Below are positions 23,601-27,653 of a stretch of DNA of 27,653 nucleotides, piece after piece. How positions within the stretch are numbered: the stretch's first letter is position 1; each line of letters begins with the position of its first letter. The stretch comes from Macrostomum lignano (taxonomy: Eukaryota). The stretch lies in contig NIVC01004994.1 of the NCBI GenBank assembly GCA_002269645.1, positions 1-27,653 of the forward strand. The letters are read 5' to 3'. A model generated the notes under the pieces. The model did not search any database. It saw only the letters and a list, made by a program, of their open reading frames with translations, and had not been told where the DNA came from. Both the position numbers and the translations under genes were made by a program.

Positions 23601-24820
23601 GCTTATGCCATCCGGAACCAGAAGGCGGCAACGATCGCAAGGGTGCTATTCGAACGCTGGATTGCCAATCACGGGTGCCCCCGGGTACTTCACTCAGACC
23701 AAGGAAGGAACTTTGAGTCGGGGATCGTCAGGAAGCTGTGCGAGCTGTTGGGTGTGAAGAAGACCAGGACGAGCGCCTACCACCCGAGTGGCAACGGACA
23801 GGTGGAACGATTTAACGGGTTCCTGAAGAACAGTTTGCGCACGTATCTGGTACAGAAGGGTCAGAACGCCTGGGAGGAGTACCTGCCAAGTGCCTTGATG
23901 GCTTATCGATCGACGGTCCAGGCGTCCACCGGTTACACGCCCTACTACATGCTGCATGGTCAGGAGATGCCGCTGGGATTCGAACCAGAGGACCTTAGGC
24001 GAAAGACGGACAGCTATCCCTTGTTTGTGCAAGAGATTCAGCAGAACCTGCTTCATGCCCATGAACACGTTCGAGAAGGGCGCGAGACGGTTCAGCGACG
24101 CCAGAAAATGAACTACGATCGGAAAGTGAAGGGCAAGGCGATTCAGAGGGCGACTCTGTCTTGCTGTACTATCCGTGCTTGGAGATGGGAGAGAAAAGCA
24201 AATTCCATATCAACTGGCGCGGCCCAGTGAAGGTCCTGGAGAAGCTGTCAGATGCGTTGTATCGAGTGCAGGATCCGACACAGCCGCAGAAGACCAAGGT
24301 GGTGCACTTCAACAATCTCCGGCCGGTTCAGGTTCAGACGGAGGCGGCAGACGATCAAGAGACAGGAGAGGAAATTGGGAGGGCCAGTTCGGGAAAAACC
24401 AGGCCGCGACGTGGTAATTCCGCTGCTGGACGAAGCCGAAGGCAGAGAGTGCAACGGGGCGAGACCCAGAGGTGGACCGCAGCGCGAGGGCCGCAGGACC
24501 AGGAATCCGAGCAGGAAGATGAAGAGTTTGAAGATCTTCAGCTGCGGTTTCAAGATCCAAGAGATCACGCTCCACCGGACACCCGAAATCTGGCCGAAGA
24601 CTGTGAGCCCGGACCTGAGCGTCGAGAAGCAGACGATGACGAAGAAGAGCACGACGATGAGGCGCGGTACGACGAGGAGCAGGACGAAGAGGATGAGGCA
24701 GAGCCGAACGACGCCAACGTACCCGAGCAGGAAGTGAGGACGGCACAGGAGGAAGCAGGGCGACCAAGACGTCTGCGGCGACCGCCAGATCGGTTTGGGG
24801 TCCCGGTGTACCACTACTGA
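20614..24820 (+). CDS. pol: Pol polyprotein (protease, RT, RNase H, integrase), with two single-base frame breaks at about 23264 and 24146
   Basis: LLDSGAS protease; LRFCCDYRKLN and VYLDD RT; LDTDGS and TDHSSLKW RNase H; HHCC, D..D-35-E (MTDVIG, HSDQG, QVERFN) and a GPY/F-like WRGPVKV integrase. An acidic tail ends RRLRRPPDRF...HY*. Confidence 0.95.
20626..20668 (+). promoter_or_regulatory. Programmed -1 ribosomal frameshift signal (G GGA AAC plus downstream stem-loop)
   Basis: The heptamer is in gag frame within the gag/pol overlap, and pol is in the -1 frame. After a 6-nt spacer comes the stem AGGG-GA-CCGAC / GTCGG-GA-CCCT. Confidence 0.85.
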
Positions 24821-24918
24821 AGAAGGGTCCGGTGTCGGCGCTTGGATAGCCAAGGGGGAAGGGAGGTACATGTCGTGCGTGTCTCATTGCTCATCGGAGT
24901 TAGGCCGGACTGTTACAG

Positions 24919-25557
24919 ATGGCGGACCTCTACGAGTGTCTTGGAGTGCAGCTGTGGGCGTCTGCGGCACAGATTCGGAAAGCGTTCTACGGTCGAGCAC
25001 GCGAACTGCACCCTGACAAGAGCGCAACAGAGGAGACGCGGAAGAGATTCCAGGAGTGCGAAGAGGCGTACCGAATACTGTCGTGTCCGTTCCTTAGAAA
25101 GCTGTACGATATCTTTGGAAATGCTGTTCGTGACCGGGATGAGATGCTTCGGCTCGCAGAAGGGATGTTAGAGGATGAAGACATGCCCGACGATCTCCGA
25201 GAAGAGATAGAAAGACTACAAGAGAGCGACCGATTAGCTGAGGAGGCGTACGAGAGAGAACAGGCGAGGAGGGATGAGGAGCACGTCAAGATGGAGGCAA
25301 GTGAGGAGGCCTCAGACGATGAGCAGGACGAAGAGATGAACGAGGCGAGTGAGACACTGCCGGAGGAGTACGAGGTCGAGAAGGTCTTAGGAGTACGAGT
25401 CACGGAGCGAGGAGCGGAGTATCTGCTGCAGTGGGCCGGTGTAGAGGAGCTTGAGACGTCATGGGAAGCGGAGGAAGATTGTGCCGGATGTAGAAACCTG
25501 ATTGAAGAATACCTGCAGAGAGCGTACCGGCTTCAGACAGACCGTGCCGACCAGTGA
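24919..25557 (+). CDS. Additional ORF (ORF3): J-domain (DnaJ) + acidic linker + chromodomain, 212 aa as read
   Basis: N-terminus MADLYECLGV...IRKAFYGRARELHPDK...RFQECEEAYRILSCPFLRKLYD is a complete J-domain with HPD. C-terminus EYEVEKVLGVR...EYLLQWAG...TSWEAEEDC...LIEEY is a chromodomain. Confidence 0.9.
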   Translation: MADLYECLGVQLWASAAQIRKAFYGRARELHPDKSATEETRKRFQECEEAYRILSCPFLRKLYDIFGNAVRDRDEMLRLAEGMLEDEDMPDDLREEIERLQESDRLAEEAYEREQARRDEEHVKMEASEEASDDEQDEEMNEASETLPEEYEVEKVLGVRVTERGAEYLLQWAGVEELETSWEAEEDCAGCRNLIEEYLQRAYRLQTDRADQ

Positions 25558-25903
25558 CCGTCGCGGAACTGGAGAACGTAGGACCCAGTCGGAAGAAACT
25601 GCACCAGGCAATGCGAAGGGCGACCCGTGGGGCATCTTTGAGGTGCTGCTAGCCCTGAAGGGGAAGTGCGCCACTGCCTCGGTGGATTTCAAGGAATTCG
25701 GTCCGGAGTTGATGCTGCAGATCCTGGGCTACTTGGAGCGAGACGGTCGCAAGTATCCGGGGCACGGAGTTCGTCGGTGGAGTCGCCAAGCGTGTCAAGC
25801 TGTCTACATGTCGGTGATGGTGGTGTTCCCGCTGTTCGACCTGCGACGCCAGGGTTTGGTCCTGGGTGCCCTCCGTAGGCTGTGGGATTCGTGCTCTGAC
25901 TGA
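25554..25903 (+). CDS. Probable C-terminal continuation of ORF3 (unrecognised, likely helical domain), or a separate small ORF
   Basis: Protein-like frames VTVAELENVGPSRKKLHQAMRR and GDPWGIFEVLLALKGK...LGALRRLWDSCSD* join ORF3 if one base is restored in each of two short homopolymers. Confidence 0.5.
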
Positions 25904-26464
25904 GGCTATGTCTTCCTAGGGACTTTGGGGCTAGGGACTTTGCAGTGCAGACCCAGGGACAGCGGAGCGGAGATGGACCGGCCTTAGCGGGTGCTGACGG
26001 AGCGACACGGCTGTGCAGCAACCGCAGGACTCGACGACCAGCGCAGAGCGACCAGAGCAACCGGCGACAGTAGCGACAGGGAGACGAGGCACCAGAGCGA
26101 CGGCCGTACTCGGCGGGATGCAGGGAAGCAGTGCTAGTATTACTTGTGAGGGTAAATGTTTGACGGTTTCATTTTTTTGTTTTTTGTTAACATTTAGCGT
26201 TTTTTTTGAACTTCAGCGTTTTTGTTAAAGTGAGTTTTTCCCAAAATTTGCGTTTGCTTCCCAATGATGCGTACTCACTATCCTATGTTTGAAGGTTTCT
26301 TCGTCATTTTTAAACGGTATAATCACTGCGGTTTTGTTTTTTGTTCGAACTAGTTGCCATGCGAGTCCAAAATATTTTTCAAATGCGGTTTGTTCCTCTG
26401 TTCAATTTTTTTGTTATAGTAGCATCATTTCAATATTCGACTTTTCGAACTCGAACTTTTGTCT

Positions 26465-26475
26465 AGGGGAGGGAG
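26465..26475 (+). other. Polypurine tract AGGGGAGGGAG
   Basis: All-purine run abutting the TG of the 3' LTR, preceded by a T-rich stretch. Confidence 0.9.
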
Positions 26476-27305
26476 TGTCATGAATGTGTTATGACAATGT
26501 GCTCTTTGCTTAGTTGCTGCACCGGGCCAGTGGGCCGTCCTCTCCCCTCCCCCTCCTTAGATATTTTCTGACTCACTCACCTGCACTTCTGCGCGTGCGT
26601 ACCCCTCCCCTCCCTGCCTAGACCTTTTCTGTTGAGTCAACCCCCCATGCTCTGCGTGCGACCCCCCCCCTGTGCGACCCCGCCCCATTATTTTGTTAGC
26701 TTTGCTGCCCCGCCCCTGTTTGTGATTGGCTGCCAGTCCCAGTCTGCCGTGCTGCGCCCCGGCGATTGGCTGGTACAGCTCATGCGTTGCCTTGGCTGAT
26801 GTCTAAGCCCCCTTTTCTGCCTTTATCCGCGCCCTCAACCCCCAGTTTGCTGCCTATTTATTCGGCCCCCTTGAGACCCCATTCTCGTCGTCTTCGTGGC
26901 TCCTCGGCGATTGTGCCAGCGTTGGTTGCTGAATTGCTATTCCTCGCAGAATTGCTAGACAAATATATAAGTAAAGAATATCGAGATCACCACTGCTCTG
27001 ACGGCGCTGTTTCTTGTACGACTGAAATCGCGGCTGGTAAGCCTTCCAATTTGCACGTCATTTGGGTCTGCATCTGTACTAGGCACCTTAGAGGGATTAA
27101 GTGCGTCGTACGCCGGTCCCACCCCAAGCAGCTCTGCGTCGTACGCGAGTCTGTAGGCTGTCGTGCGTCGTACGCTCGAGCAGCCTAGTCCGACGGACAC
27201 CGCGTCGTACGCGTGTCAGTGGAGGACCGCAGCCAGGGTCAGTACACGAACCCGGGTCTGGGAAAGGGGCACGAAAGGACCGAGCCCTTGAGCCCCATCA
27301 TCACA
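26476..27305 (+). repeat. 3' LTR (830 bp)
   Basis: Near-identical direct repeat of 18682-19516, followed by the CTTA duplication. Confidence 0.97.
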
Positions 27306-27653
27306 CTTACTTCTTTTTGTGTGCCAATCTCGAGGCAGAAGTGTCAGTTAATATTAAAATTAGCCATTTGCTCTAACTCAATCTAAAGTGTTTAGGATTG
27401 CGGATTAAGTGAGAAAGTTTAATCTGAGTTAAAGACTTGGCGTTTCATTCTTTTTCGCAATGCCAGCTGAGATGAGCGGCTAAATCTAGAGGCAGAGGTC
27501 ACGGTGGACCGGAAGTGACACAGTTCCCAGTCAATCAGACAATCTAAGAAATCATTATGTTAAGCATGCAAATTAAGAGCCAGACTGGCGCTTCGGCGCG
27601 GTCACAGGCAGTTAAGCGGCTAAGTAAGTTAAACATTTAGTCTAAAGATCTCC

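Larger units (their letters stand above)
18682..27305 (+). mobile_element. Full-length Ty3/gypsy (Metaviridae) LTR retrotransposon, 8.6 kb, recent insertion, with an additional ORF
   Basis: TG...CA LTRs at both ends; 4-bp target-site duplication CTTA (18678-18681 and 27306-27309); PBS; PPT; gag with two CCHC knuckles; pol in PR-RT-RH-IN order. Confidence 0.98.

Noticed and set aside
24248-24887. 207-aa and 192-aa antisense ORFs and a 161-aa alternative-frame ORF
   Set aside because: These are expected by-products of the GC-rich, low-complexity integrase tail.
24919-25903. ORF3 as an envelope protein
   Set aside because: It has no signal peptide, furin site or clear transmembrane anchor, and its domains are nucleo-cytoplasmic.

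Overview
Eukaryotic, intron-containing, repeat-rich genomic DNA, probably from an invertebrate. The TTAGGG motif and short GT-AG introns fit this, but the species cannot be fixed from sequence alone. From left to right the window holds: a composite minisatellite/telomeric-repeat block ending in a Helitron-type 3' terminus (to 2390); the last four exons of a calpain gene (2545-3427); a multi-exon secreted C-type-lectin-like + Sushi/CCP gene (6082 to at least 10866); a foldback/MITE with minisatellite arms (12641-13191); old dispersed-repeat copies around an apparently intronless, frame-broken PAN + C-type lectin gene (16520-17249); and a full-length, very young Ty3/gypsy LTR retrotransposon (18682-27305). 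That element has near-identical LTRs, a CTTA target-site duplication, PBS, PPT, gag, a -1 frameshift site and pol. The standout is an extra ORF inside it, in the position where env normally sits. It encodes a complete J-domain (HPD), an acidic linker and an HP1-like chromodomain, and probably a further unrecognised C-terminal domain. I do not know this cargo from any described LTR retrotransposon, but could not search databases to confirm novelty.
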